Source: Naegleria gruberi (taxonomy: Eukaryota). From it: a stretch of DNA of 36,114 bases. Below, piece by piece: positions 22,401 through 34,625 of this stretch (positions within the stretch are counted from its first letter, which is position 1; each line of letters begins with the position of its first letter). The stretch lies in NCBI GenBank assembly GCA_000004985.1, contig GG739231.1; one strand, 5' to 3'. Below the pieces are notes generated by a model that worked only from the letters and a program-made list of their open reading frames with translations, had not been told where the DNA came from and did not search any database. Position numbers and translations under genes: made by a program.

Positions 22401-25400
22401 NNNNNNNNNNNNNNNNNNNNNNNNNNNNNNNNNNNNNNNNNNNNNNNNNNNNNNNNNNNNNNNNNNNNNNNNNNNNNNNNNNNNNNNNNNNNNNNNNNNN
22501 NNNNNNNNNNNNNNNNNNNNNNNNNNNNNNNNNNNNNNNNNNNNNNNNNNNNNNNNNNNNNNNNNNNNNNNNNNNNNNNNNNNNNNNNNNNNNNNNNNNN
22601 NNNNNNNNNNNNNNNNNNNNNNNNNNNNNNNNNNNNNNNNNNNNNNNNNNNNNNNNNNNNNNNNNNNNNNNNNNNNNNNNNNNNNNNNNNNNNNNNNNNN
22701 NNNNNNNNNNNNNNNNNNNNNNNNNNNNNNNNNNNNNNNNNNNNNNNNNNNNNNNNNNNNNNNNNNNNNNNNNNNNNNNNNNNNNNNNNNNNNNNNNNNN
22801 NNNNNNNNNNNNNNNNNNNNNNNNNNNNNNNNNNNNNNNNNNNNNNNNNNNNNNNNNNNNNNNNNNNNNNNNNNNNNNNNNNNNNNNNNNNNNNNNNNNN
22901 NNNNNNNNNNNNNNNNNNNNNNNNNNNNNNNNNNNNNNNNNNNNNNNNNNNNNNNNNNNNNNNNNNNNNNNNNNNNNNNNNNNNNNNNNNNNNNNNNNNN
23001 NNNNNNNNNNNNNNNNNNNNNNNNNNNNNNNNNNNNNNNNNNNNNNNNNNNNNNNNNNNNNNNNNNNNNNNNNNNNNNNNNNNNNNNNNNNNNNNNNNNN
23101 NNNNNNNNNNNNNNNNNNNNNNNNNNNNNNNNNNNNNNNNNNNNNNNNNNNNNNNNNNNNNNNNNNNNNNNNNNNNNNNNNNNNNNNNNNNNNNNNNNNN
23201 NNNNNNNNNNNNNNNNNNNNNNNNNNNNNNNNNNNNNNNNNNNNNNNNNNNNNNNNNNNNNNNNNNNNNNNNNNNNNNNNNNNNNNNNNNNNNNNNNNNN
23301 NNNNNNNNNNNNNNNNNNNNNNNNNNNNNNNNNNNNNNNNNNNNNNNNNNNNNNNNNNNNNNNNNNNNNNNNNNNNNNNNNNNNNNNNNNNNNNNNNNNN
23401 NNNNNNNNNNNNNNNNNNNNNNNNNNNNNNNNNNNNNNNNNNNNNNNNNNNNNNNNNNNNNNNNNNNNNNNNNNNNNNNNNNNNNNNNNNNNNNNNNNNN
23501 NNNNNNNNNNNNNNNNNNNNNNNNNNNNNNNNNNNNNNNNNNNNNNNNNNNNNNNNNNNNNNNNNNNNNNNNNNNNNNNNNNNNNNNNNNNNNNNNNNNN
23601 NNNNNNNNNNNNNNNNNNNNNNNNNNNNNNNNNNNNNNNNNNNNNNNNNNNNNNNNNNNNNNNNNNNNNNNNNNNNNNNNNNNNNNNNNNNNNNNNNNNN
23701 NNNNNNNNNNNNNNNNNNNNNNNNNNNNNNNNNNNNNNNNNNNNNNNNNNNNNNNNNNNNNNNNNNNNNNNNNNNNNNNNNNNNNNNNNNNNNNNNNNNN
23801 NNNNNNNNNNNNNNNNNNNNNNNNNNNNNNNNNNNNNNNNNNNNNNNNNNNNNNNNNNNNNNNNNNNNNNNNNNNNNNNNNNNNNNNNNNNNNNNNNNNN
23901 NNNNNNNNNNNNNNNNNNNNNNNNNNNNNNNNNNNNNNNNNNNNNNNNNNNNNNNNNNNNNNNNNNNNNNNNNNNNNNNNNNNNNNNNNNNNNNNNNNNN
24001 NNNNNNNNNNNNNNNNNNNNNNNNNNNNNNNNNNNNNNNNNNNNNNNNNNNNNNNNNNNNNNNNNNNNNNNNNNNNNNNNNNNNNNNNNNNNNNNNNNNN
24101 NNNNNNNNNNNNNNNNNNNNNNNNNNNNNNNNNNNNNNNNNNNNNNNNNNNNNNNNNNNNNNNNNNNNNNNNNNNNNNNNNNNNNNNNNNNNNNNNNNNN
24201 NNNNNNNNNNNNNNNNNNNNNNNNNNNNNNNNNNNNNNNNNNNNNNNNNNNNNNNNNNNNNNNNNNNNNNNNNNNNNNNNNNNNNNNNNNNNNNNNNNNN
24301 NNNNNNNNNNNNNNNNNNNNNNNNNNNNNNNNNNNNNNNNNNNNNNNNNNNNNNNNNNNNNNNNNNNNNNNNNNNNNNNNNNNNNNNNNNNNNNNNNNNN
24401 NNNNNNNNNNNNNNNNNNNNNNNNNNNNNNNNNNNNNNNNNNNNNNNNNNNNNNNNNNNNNNNNNNNNNNNNNNNNNNNNNNNNNNNNNNNNNNNNNNNN
24501 NNNNNNNNNNNNNNNNNNNNNNNNNNNNNNNNNNNNNNNNNNNNNNNNNNNNNNNNNNNNNNNNNNNNNNNNNNNNNNNNNNNNNNNNNNNNNNNNNNNN
24601 NNNNNNNNNNNNNNNNNNNNNNNNNNNNNNNNNNNNNNNNNNNNNNNNNNNNNNNNNNNNNNNNNNNNNNNNNNNNNNNNNNNNNNNNNNNNNNNNNNNN
24701 NNNNNNNNNNNNNNNNNNNNNNNNNNNNNNNNNNNNNNNNNNNNNNNNNNNNNNNNNNNNNNNNNNNNNNNNNNNNNNNNNNNNNNNNNNNNNNNNNNNN
24801 NNNNNNNNNNNNNNNNNNNNNNNNNNNNNNNNNNNNNNNNNNNNNNNNNNNNNNNNNNNNNNNNNNNNNNNNNNNNNNNNNNNNNNNNNNNNNNNNNNNN
24901 NNNNNNNNNNNNNNNNNNNNNNNNNNNNNNNNNNNNNNNNNNNNNNNNNNNNNNNNNNNNNNNNNNNNNNNNNNNNNNNNNNNNNNNNNNNNNNNNNNNN
25001 NNNNNNNNNNNNNNNNNNNNNNNNNNNNNNNNNNNNNNNNNNNNNNNNNNNNNNNNNNNNNNNNNNNNNNNNNNNNNNNNNNNNNNNNNNNNNNNNNNNN
25101 NNNNNNNNNNNNNNNNNNNNNNNNNNNNNNNNNNNNNNNNNNNNNNNNNNNNNNNNNNNNNNNNNNNNNNNNNNNNNNNNNNNNNNNNNNNNNNNNNNNN
25201 NNNNNNNNNNNNNNNNNNNNNNNNNNNNNNNNNNNNNNNNNNNNNNNNNNNNNNNNNNNNNNNNNNNNNNNNNNNNNNNNNNNNNNNNNNNNNNNNNNNN
25301 NNNNNNNNNNNNNNNNNNNNNNNNNNNNNNNNNNNNNNNNNNNNNNNNNNNNNNNNNNNNNNNNNNNNNNNNNNNNNNNNNNNNNNNNNNNNNNNNNNNN

Positions 25401-28400
25401 NNNNNNNNNNNNNNNNNNNNNNNNNNNNNNNNNNNNNNNNNNNNNNNNNNNNNNNNNNNNNNNNNNNNNNNNNNNNNNNNNNNNNNNNNNNNNNNNNNNN
25501 NNNNNNNNNNNNNNNNNNNNNNNNNNNNNNNNNNNNNNNNNNNNNNNNNNNNNNNNNNNNNNNNNNNNNNNNNNNNNNNNNNNNNNNNNNNNNNNNNNNN
25601 NNNNNNNNNNNNNNNNNNNNNNNNNNNNNNNNNNNNNNNNNNNNNNNNNNNNNNNNNNNNNNNNNNNNNNNNNNNNNNNNNNNNNNNNNNNNNNNNNNNN
25701 NNNNNNNNNNNNNNNNNNNNNNNNNNNNNNNNNNNNNNNNNNNNNNNNNNNNNNNNNNNNNNNNNNNNNNNNNNNNNNNNNNNNNNNNNNNNNNNNNNNN
25801 NNNNNNNNNNNNNNNNNNNNNNNNNNNNNNNNNNNNNNNNNNNNNNNNNNNNNNNNNNNNNNNNNNNNNNNNNNNNNNNNNNNNNNNNNNNNNNNNNNNN
25901 NNNNNNNNNNNNNNNNNNNNNNNNNNNNNNNNNNNNNNNNNNNNNNNNNNNNNNNNNNNNNNNNNNNNNNNNNNNNNNNNNNNNNNNNNNNNNNNNNNNN
26001 NNNNNNNNNNNNNNNNNNNNNNNNNNNNNNNNNNNNNNNNNNNNNNNNNNNNNNNNNNNNNNNNNNNNNNNNNNNNNNNNNNNNNNNNNNNNNNNNNNNN
26101 NNNNNNNNNNNNNNNNNNNNNNNNNNNNNNNNNNNNNNNNNNNNNNNNNNNNNNNNNNNNNNNNNNNNNNNNNNNNNNNNNNNNNNNNNNNNNNNNNNNN
26201 NNNNNNNNNNNNNNNNNNNNNNNNNNNNNNNNNNNNNNNNNNNNNNNNNNNNNNNNNNNNNNNNNNNNNNNNNNNNNNNNNNNNNNNNNNNNNNNNNNNN
26301 NNNNNNNNNNNNNNNNNNNNNNNNNNNNNNNNNNNNNNNNNNNNNNNNNNNNNNNNNNNNNNNNNNNNNNNNNNNNNNNNNNNNNNNNNNNNNNNNNNNN
26401 NNNNNNNNNNNNNNNNNNNNNNNNNNNNNNNNNNNNNNNNNNNNNNNNNNNNNNNNNNNNNNNNNNNNNNNNNNNNNNNNNNNNNNNNNNNNNNNNNNNN
26501 NNNNNNNNNNNNNNNNNNNNNNNNNNNNNNNNNNNNNNNNNNNNNNNNNNNNNNNNNNNNNNNNNNNNNNNNNNNNNNNNNNNNNNNNNNNNNNNNNNNN
26601 NNNNNNNNNNNNNNNNNNNNNNNNNNNNNNNNNNNNNNNNNNNNNNNNNNNNNNNNNNNNNNNNNNNNNNNNNNNNNNNNNNNNNNNNNNNNNNNNNNNN
26701 NNNNNNNNNNNNNNNNNNNNNNNNNNNNNNNNNNNNNNNNNNNNNNNNNNNNNNNNNNNNNNNNNNNNNNNNNNNNNNNNNNNNNNNNNNNNNNNNNNNN
26801 NNNNNNNNNNNNNNNNNNNNNNNNNNNNNNNNNNNNNNNNNNNNNNNNNNNNNNNNNNNNNNNNNNNNNNNNNNNNNNNNNNNNNNNNNNNNNNNNNNNN
26901 NNNNNNNNNNNNNNNNNNNNNNNNNNNNNNNNNNNNNNNNNNNNNNNNNNNNNNNNNNNNNNNNNNNNNNNNNNNNNNNNNNNNNNNNNNNNNNNNNNNN
27001 NNNNNNNNNNNNNNNNNNNNNNNNNNNNNNNNNNNNNNNNNNNNNNNNNNNNNNNNNNNNNNNNNNNNNNNNNNNNNNNNNNNNNNNNNNNNNNNNNNNN
27101 NNNNNNNNNNNNNNNNNNNNNNNNNNNNNNNNNNNNNNNNNNNNNNNNNNNNNNNNNNNNNNNNNNNNNNNNNNNNNNNNNNNNNNNNNNNNNNNNNNNN
27201 NNNNNNNNNNNNNNNNNNNNNNNNNNNNNNNNNNNNNNNNNNNNNNNNNNNNNNNNNNNNNNNNNNNNNNNNNNNNNNNNNNNNNNNNNNNNNNNNNNNN
27301 NNNNNNNNNNNNNNNNNNNNNNNNNNNNNNNNNNNNNNNNNNNNNNNNNNNNNNNNNNNNNNNNNNNNNNNNNNNNNNNNNNNNNNNNNNNNNNNNNNNN
27401 NNNNNNNNNNNNNNNNNNNNNNNNNNNNNNNNNNNNNNNNNNNNNNNNNNNNNNNNNNNNNNNNNNNNNNNNNNNNNNNNNNNNNNNNNNNNNNNNNNNN
27501 NNNNNNNNNNNNNNNNNNNNNNNNNNNNNNNNNNNNNNNNNNNNNNNNNNNNNNNNNNNNNNNNNNNNNNNNNNNNNNNNNNNNNNNNNNNNNNNNNNNN
27601 NNNNNNNNNNNNNNNNNNNNNNNNNNNNNNNNNNNNNNNNNNNNNNNNNNNNNNNNNNNNNNNNNNNNNNNNNNNNNNNNNNNNNNNNNNNNNNNNNNNN
27701 NNNNNNNNNNNNNNNNNNNNNNNNNNNNNNNNNNNNNNNNNNNNNNNNNNNNNNNNNNNNNNNNNNNNNNNNNNNNNNNNNNNNNNNNNNNNNNNNNNNN
27801 NNNNNNNNNNNNNNNNNNNNNNNNNNNNNNNNNNNNNNNNNNNNNNNNNNNNNNNNNNNNNNNNNNNNNNNNNNNNNNNNNNNNNNNNNNNNNNNNNNNN
27901 NNNNNNNNNNNNNNNNNNNNNNNNNNNNNNNNNNNNNNNNNNNNNNNNNNNNNNNNNNNNNNNNNNNNNNNNNNNNNNNNNNNNNNNNNNNNNNNNNNNN
28001 NNNNNNNNNNNNNNNNNNNNNNNNNNNNNNNNNNNNNNNNNNNNNNNNNNNNNNNNNNNNNNNNNNNNNNNNNNNNNNNNNNNNNNNNNNNNNNNNNNNN
28101 NNNNNNNNNNNNNNNNNNNNNNNNNNNNNNNNNNNNNNNNNNNNNNNNNNNNNNNNNNNNNNNNNNNNNNNNNNNNNNNNNNNNNNNNNNNNNNNNNNNN
28201 NNNNNNNNNNNNNNNNNNNNNNNNNNNNNNNNNNNNNNNNNNNNNNNNNNNNNNNNNNNNNNNNNNNNNNNNNNNNNNNNNNNNNNNNNNNNNNNNNNNN
28301 NNNNNNNNNNNNNNNNNNNNNNNNNNNNNNNNNNNNNNNNNNNNNNNNNNNNNNNNNNNNNNNNNNNNNNNNNNNNNNNNNNNNNNNNNNNNNNNNNNNN

Positions 28401-31400
28401 NNNNNNNNNNNNNNNNNNNNNNNNNNNNNNNNNNNNNNNNNNNNNNNNNNNNNNNNNNNNNNNNNNNNNNNNNNNNNNNNNNNNNNNNNNNNNNNNNNNN
28501 NNNNNNNNNNNNNNNNNNNNNNNNNNNNNNNNNNNNNNNNNNNNNNNNNNNNNNNNNNNNNNNNNNNNNNNNNNNNNNNNNNNNNNNNNNNNNNNNNNNN
28601 NNNNNNNNNNNNNNNNNNNNNNNNNNNNNNNNNNNNNNNNNNNNNNNNNNNNNNNNNNNNNNNNNNNNNNNNNNNNNNNNNNNNNNNNNNNNNNNNNNNN
28701 NNNNNNNNNNNNNNNNNNNNNNNNNNNNNNNNNNNNNNNNNNNNNNNNNNNNNNNNNNNNNNNNNNNNNNNNNNNNNNNNNNNNNNNNNNNNNNNNNNNN
28801 NNNNNNNNNNNNNNNNNNNNNNNNNNNNNNNNNNNNNNNNNNNNNNNNNNNNNNNNNNNNNNNNNNNNNNNNNNNNNNNNNNNNNNNNNNNNNNNNNNNN
28901 NNNNNNNNNNNNNNNNNNNNNNNNNNNNNNNNNNNNNNNNNNNNNNNNNNNNNNNNNNNNNNNNNNNNNNNNNNNNNNNNNNNNNNNNNNNNNNNNNNNN
29001 NNNNNNNNNNNNNNNNNNNNNNNNNNNNNNNNNNNNNNNNNNNNNNNNNNNNNNNNNNNNNNNNNNNNNNNNNNNNNNNNNNNNNNNNNNNNNNNNNNNN
29101 NNNNNNNNNNNNNNNNNNNNNNNNNNNNNNNNNNNNNNNNNNNNNNNNNNNNNNNNNNNNNNNNNNNNNNNNNNNNNNNNNNNNNNNNNNNNNNNNNNNN
29201 NNNNNNNNNNNNNNNNNNNNNNNNNNNNNNNNNNNNNNNNNNNNNNNNNNNNNNNNNNNNNNNNNNNNNNNNNNNNNNNNNNNNNNNNNNNNNNNNNNNN
29301 NNNNNNNNNNNNNNNNNNNNNNNNNNNNNNNNNNNNNNNNNNNNNNNNNNNNNNNNNNNNNNNNNNNNNNNNNNNNNNNNNNNNNNNNNNNNNNNNNNNN
29401 NNNNNNNNNNNNNNNNNNNNNNNNNNNNNNNNNNNNNNNNNNNNNNNNNNNNNNNNNNNNNNNNNNNNNNNNNNNNNNNNNNNNNNNNNNNNNNNNNNNN
29501 NNNNNNNNNNNNNNNNNNNNNNNNNNNNNNNNNNNNNNNNNNNNNNNNNNNNNNNNNNNNNNNNNNNNNNNNNNNNNNNNNNNNNNNNNNNNNNNNNNNN
29601 NNNNNNNNNNNNNNNNNNNNNNNNNNNNNNNNNNNNNNNNNNNNNNNNNNNNNNNNNNNNNNNNNNNNNNNNNNNNNNNNNNNNNNNNNNNNNNNNNNNN
29701 NNNNNNNNNNNNNNNNNNNNNNNNNNNNNNNNNNNNNNNNNNNNNNNNNNNNNNNNNNNNNNNNNNNNNNNNNNNNNNNNNNNNNNNNNNNNNNNNNNNN
29801 NNNNNNNNNNNNNNNNNNNNNNNNNNNNNNNNNNNNNNNNNNNNNNNNNNNNNNNNNNNNNNNNNNNNNNNNNNNNNNNNNNNNNNNNNNNNNNNNNNNN
29901 NNNNNNNNNNNNNNNNNNNNNNNNNNNNNNNNNNNNNNNNNNNNNNNNNNNNNNNNNNNNNNNNNNNNNNNNNNNNNNNNNNNNNNNNNNNNNNNNNNNN
30001 NNNNNNNNNNNNNNNNNNNNNNNNNNNNNNNNNNNNNNNNNNNNNNNNNNNNNNNNNNNNNNNNNNNNNNNNNNNNNNNNNNNNNNNNNNNNNNNNNNNN
30101 NNNNNNNNNNNNNNNNNNNNNNNNNNNNNNNNNNNNNNNNNNNNNNNNNNNNNNNNNNNNNNNNNNNNNNNNNNNNNNNNNNNNNNNNNNNNNNNNNNNN
30201 NNNNNNNNNNNNNNNNNNNNNNNNNNNNNNNNNNNNNNNNNNNNNNNNNNNNNNNNNNNNNNNNNNNNNNNNNNNNNNNNNNNNNNNNNNNNNNNNNNNN
30301 NNNNNNNNNNNNNNNNNNNNNNNNNNNNNNNNNNNNNNNNNNNNNNNNNNNNNNNNNNNNNNNNNNNNNNNNNNNNNNNNNNNNNNNNNNNNNNNNNNNN
30401 NNNNNNNNNNNNNNNNNNNNNNNNNNNNNNNNNNNNNNNNNNNNNNNNNNNNNNNNNNNNNNNNNNNNNNNNNNNNNNNNNNNNNNNNNNNNNNNNNNNN
30501 NNNNNNNNNNNNNNNNNNNNNNNNNNNNNNNNNNNNNNNNNNNNNNNNNNNNNNNNNNNNNNNNNNNNNNNNNNNNNNNNNNNNNNNNNNNNNNNNNNNN
30601 NNNNNNNNNNNNNNNNNNNNNNNNNNNNNNNNNNNNNNNNNNNNNNNNNNNNNNNNNNNNNNNNNNNNNNNNNNNNNNNNNNNNNNNNNNNNNNNNNNNN
30701 NNNNNNNNNNNNNNNNNNNNNNNNNNNNNNNNNNNNNNNNNNNNNNNNNNNNNNNNNNNNNNNNNNNNNNNNNNNNNNNNNNNNNNNNNNNNNNNNNNNN
30801 NNNNNNNNNNNNNNNNNNNNNNNNNNNNNNNNNNNNNNNNNNNNNNNNNNNNNNNNNNNNNNNNNNNNNNNNNNNNNNNNNNNNNNNNNNNNNNNNNNNN
30901 NNNNNNNNNNNNNNNNNNNNNNNNNNNNNNNNNNNNNNNNNNNNNNNNNNNNNNNNNNNNNNNNNNNNNNNNNNNNNNNNNNNNNNNNNNNNNNNNNNNN
31001 NNNNNNNNNNNNNNNNNNNNNNNNNNNNNNNNNNNNNNNNNNNNNNNNNNNNNNNNNNNNNNNNNNNNNNNNNNNNNNNNNNNNNNNNNNNNNNNNNNNN
31101 NNNNNNNNNNNNNNNNNNNNNNNNNNNNNNNNNNNNNNNNNNNNNNNNNNNNNNNNNNNNNNNNNNNNNNNNNNNNNNNNNNNNNNNNNNNNNNNNNNNN
31201 NNNNNNNNNNNNNNNNNNNNNNNNNNNNNNNNNNNNNNNNNNNNNNNNNNNNNNNNNNNNNNNNNNNNNNNNNNNNNNNNNNNNNNNNNNNNNNNNNNNN
31301 NNNNNNNNNNNNNNNNNNNNNNNNNNNNNNNNNNNNNNNNNNNNNNNNNNNNNNNNNNNNNNNNNNNNNNNNNNNNNNNNNNNNNNNNNNNNNNNNNNNN

Positions 31401-34357
31401 NNNNNNNNNNNNNNNNNNNNNNNNNNNNNNNNNNNNNNNNNNNNNNNNNNNNNNNNNNNNNNNNNNNNNNNNNNNNNNNNNNNNNNNNNNNNNNNNNNNN
31501 NNNNNNNNNNNNNNNNNNNNNNNNNNNNNNNNNNNNNNNNNNNNNNNNNNNNNNNNNNNNNNNNNNNNNNNNNNNNNNNNNNNNNNNNNNNNNNNNNNNN
31601 NNNNNNNNNNNNNNNNNNNNNNNNNNNNNNNNNNNNNNNNNNNNNNNNNNNNNNNNNNNNNNNNNNNNNNNNNNNNNNNNNNNNNNNNNNNNNNNNNNNN
31701 NNNNNNNNNNNNNNNNNNNNNNNNNNNNNNNNNNNNNNNNNNNNNNNNNNNNNNNNNNNNNNNNNNNNNNNNNNNNNNNNNNNNNNNNNNNNNNNNNNNN
31801 NNNNNNNNNNNNNNNNNNNNNNNNNNNNNNNNNNNNNNNNNNNNNNNNNNNNNNNNNNNNNNNNNNNNNNNNNNNNNNNNNNNNNNNNNNNNNNNNNNNN
31901 NNNNNNNNNNNNNNNNNNNNNNNNNNNNNNNNNNNNNNNNNNNNNNNNNNNNNNNNNNNNNNNNNNNNNNNNNNNNNNNNNNNNNNNNNNNNNNNNNNNN
32001 NNNNNNNNNNNNNNNNNNNNNNNNNNNNNNNNNNNNNNNNNNNNNNNNNNNNNNNNNNNNNNNNNNNNNNNNNNNNNNNNNNNNNNNNNNNNNNNNNNNN
32101 NNNNNNNNNNNNNNNNNNNNNNNNNNNNNNNNNNNNNNNNNNNNNNNNNNNNNNNNNNNNNNNNNNNNNNNNNNNNNNNNNNNNNNNNNNNNNNNNNNNN
32201 NNNNNNNNNNNNNNNNNNNNNNNNNNNNNNNNNNNNNNNNNNNNNNNNNNNNNNNNNNNNNNNNNNNNNNNNNNNNNNNNNNNNNNNNNNNNNNNNNNNN
32301 NNNNNNNNNNNNNNNNNNNNNNNNNNNNNNNNNNNNNNNNNNNNNNNNNNNNNNNNNNNNNNNNNNNNNNNNNNNNNNNNNNNNNNNNNNNNNNNNNNNN
32401 NNNNNNNNNNNNNNNNNNNNNNNNNNNNNNNNNNNNNNNNNNNNNNNNNNNNNNNNNNNNNNNNNNNNNNNNNNNNNNNNNNNNNNNNNNNNNNNNNNNN
32501 NNNNNNNNNNNNNNNNNNNNNNNNNNNNNNNNNNNNNNNNNNNNNNNNNNNNNNNNNNNNNNNNNNNNNNNNNNNNNNNNNNNNNNNNNNNNNNNNNNNN
32601 NNNNNNNNNNNNNNNNNNNNNNNNNNNNNNNNNNNNNNNNNNNNNNNNNNNNNNNNNNNNNNNNNNNNNNNNNNNNNNNNNNNNNNNNNNNNNNNNNNNN
32701 NNNNNNNNNNNNNNNNNNNNNNNNNNNNNNNNNNNNNNNNNNNNNNNNNNNNNNNNNNNNNNNNNNNNNNNNNNNNNNNNNNNNNNNNNNNNNNNNNNNN
32801 NNNNNNNNNNNNNNNNNNNNNNNNNNNNNNNNNNNNNNNNNNNNNNNNNNNNNNNNNNNNNNNNNNNNNNNNNNNNNNNNNNNNNNNNNNNNNNNNNNNN
32901 NNNNNNNNNNNNNNNNNNNNNNNNNNNNNNNNNNNNNNNNNNNNNNNNNNNNNNNNNNNNNNNNNNNNNNNNNNNNNNNNNNNNNNNNNNNNNNNNNNNN
33001 NNNNNNNNNNNNNNNNNNNNNNNNNNNNNNNNNNNNNNNNNNNNNNNNNNNNNNNNNNNNNNNNNNNNNNNNNNNNNNNNNNNNNNNNNNNNNNNNNNNN
33101 NNNNNNNNNNNNNNNNNNNNNNNNNNNNNNNNNNNNNNNNNNNNNNNNNNNNNNNNNNNNNNNNNNNNNNNNNNNNNNNNNNNNNNNNNNNNNNNNNNNN
33201 NNNNNNNNNNNNNNNNNNNNNNNNNNNNNNNNNNNNNNNNNNNNNNNNNNNNNNNNNNNNNNNNNNNNNNNNNNNNNNNNNNNNNNNNNNNNNNNNNNNN
33301 NNNNNNNNNNNNNNNNNNNNNNNNNNNNNNNNNNNNNNNNNNNNNNNNNNNNNNNNNNNNNNNNNNNNNNNNNNNNNNNNNNNNNNNNNNNNNNNNNNNN
33401 NNNNNNNNNNNNNNNNNNNNNNNNNNNNNNNNNNNNNNNNNNNNNNNNNNNNNNNNNNNNNNNNNNNNNNNNNNNNNNNNNNNNNNNNNNNNNNNNNNNN
33501 NNNNNNNNNNNNNNNNNNNNNNNNNNNNNNNNNNNNNNNNNNNNNNNNNNNNNNNNNNNNNNNNNNNNNNNNNNNNNNNNNNNNNNNNNNNNNNNNNNNN
33601 NNNNNNNNNNNNNNNNNNNNNNNNNNNNNNNNNNNNNNNNNNNNNNNNNNNNNNNNNNNNNNNNNNNNNNNNNNNNNNNNNNNNNNNNNNNNNNNNNNNN
33701 NNNNNNNNNNNNNNNNNNNNNNNNNNNNNNNNNNNNNNNNNNNNNNNNNNNNNNNNNNNNNNNNNNNNNNNNNNNNNNNNNNNNNNNNNNNNNNNNNNNN
33801 NNNNNNNNNNNNNNNNNNNNNNNNNNNNNNNNNNNNNNNNNNNNNNNNNNNNNNNNNNNNNNNNNNNNNNNNNNNNNNNNNNNNNNNNNNNNNNNNNNNN
33901 NNNNNNNNNNNNNNNNNNNNNNNNNNNNNNNNNNNNNNNNNNNNNNNNNNNNNNNNNNNNNNNNNNNNNNNNNNNNNNNNNNNNNNNNNNNNNNNNNNNN
34001 NNNNNNNNNNNNNNNNNNNNNNNNNNNNNNNNNNNNNNNNNNNNNNNNNNNNNNNNNNNNNNNNNNNNNNNNNNNNNNNNNNNNNNNNNNNNNNNNNNNN
34101 NNNNNNNNNNNNNNNNNNNNNNNNNNNNNNNNNNNNNNNNNNNNNNNNNNNNNNNNNNNNNNNNNNNNNNNNNNNNNNNNNNNNNNNNNNNNNNNNNNNN
34201 NNNNNNNNNNNNNNNNNNNNNNNNNNNNNNNNNNNNNNNNNNNNNNNNNNNNNNNNNNNNNNNNNNNNNNNNNNNNNNNNNNNNNNNNNNNNNNNNNNNN
34301 NNNNNNNNNNNNNNNNNNNNNNNNNNNNNNNNNNNNNNNNNNNNNNNNNNNNNNNNN
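1490..34357. other. Assembly gap: uninterrupted run of 32,868 N
   Basis: Seen directly in the sequence. The first n is at 1490 (…ttgcagtct|n) and the last n is at 34357 (n|ccaacagaatcg). The run carries no base information. The non-round length suggests a size-estimated scaffold gap or deliberate masking. Confidence 0.99.
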
Positions 34358-34486
34358 CCAACAGAATCGTCTAATGGAAATTCTTCACATCTAGAAGAAT
34401 TAGAAGTTGATGATTTGATAGAAACTAATGATTTCACAACTCCAAGTTTAAAGTCGTTCAACAACTTTCCAAAAGGAGGAAACTGA
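34358..34486 (+). CDS. 3' end of a protein-coding gene emerging from the gap (C-terminal 42 codons + TGA)
   Basis: The + strand frame (codon starts ≡2 mod 3) is open from the gap edge to TGA at 34484-34486: PTESSNGNSSHLEELEVDDLIETNDFTTPSLKSFNNFPKGGN*. It has acidic, Ser/Thr-rich composition. The antisense frame (ORF-track minus ORF starting at 34539, actually a TTG) is Phe/Leu-rich, typical of the antisense of K/E-rich coding sequence. The body of the gene is unresolved. Confidence 0.35.
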   Translation, partial: PTESSNGNSSHLEELEVDDLIETNDFTTPSLKSFNNFPKGGN

Positions 34487-34625
34487 GGAAACAACAACCT
34501 TTCAAGTTGAAATTCCTGAAAAAGAATGGAAAAGAACAATTAACAGACAAGTTTATTCTACTACTCAACCAATTAATCGTTCCATTCAAGAATTGAAACA
34601 ACAAGTGACCGAAACAAAACGAAAC

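Noticed and set aside
1015-34539. Four giant ORF-track entries (1015..34539 −, 1449..34361 −, 1463..34486 +, 1476..34394 +) of about 11,000 aa
   Set aside because: Their bodies are strings of X from translating N. Only the short real-sequence ends carry information. Those ends are reported separately as CDS fragments.
34358-34539. Minus-strand ORF beginning 'MFFSILFQEFQLERLLFPQFPPFGKLL…'
   Set aside because: The 'M' is a TTG at 34539, not ATG. The Phe/Leu-rich composition is what the antisense of a Lys/Glu-rich plus-strand gene produces. The plus-strand frames here look more protein-like.
34593-34625. ORF-track start of the 232-aa protein at 34593
   Set aside because: The codon at 34593 is TTG. 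The ORF caller evidently allows TTG/GTG starts. The first ATG in frame is 34626, and it puts the hydrophobic signal core directly at the N-terminus. The open frame further upstream is reported as a finding, not as the start.
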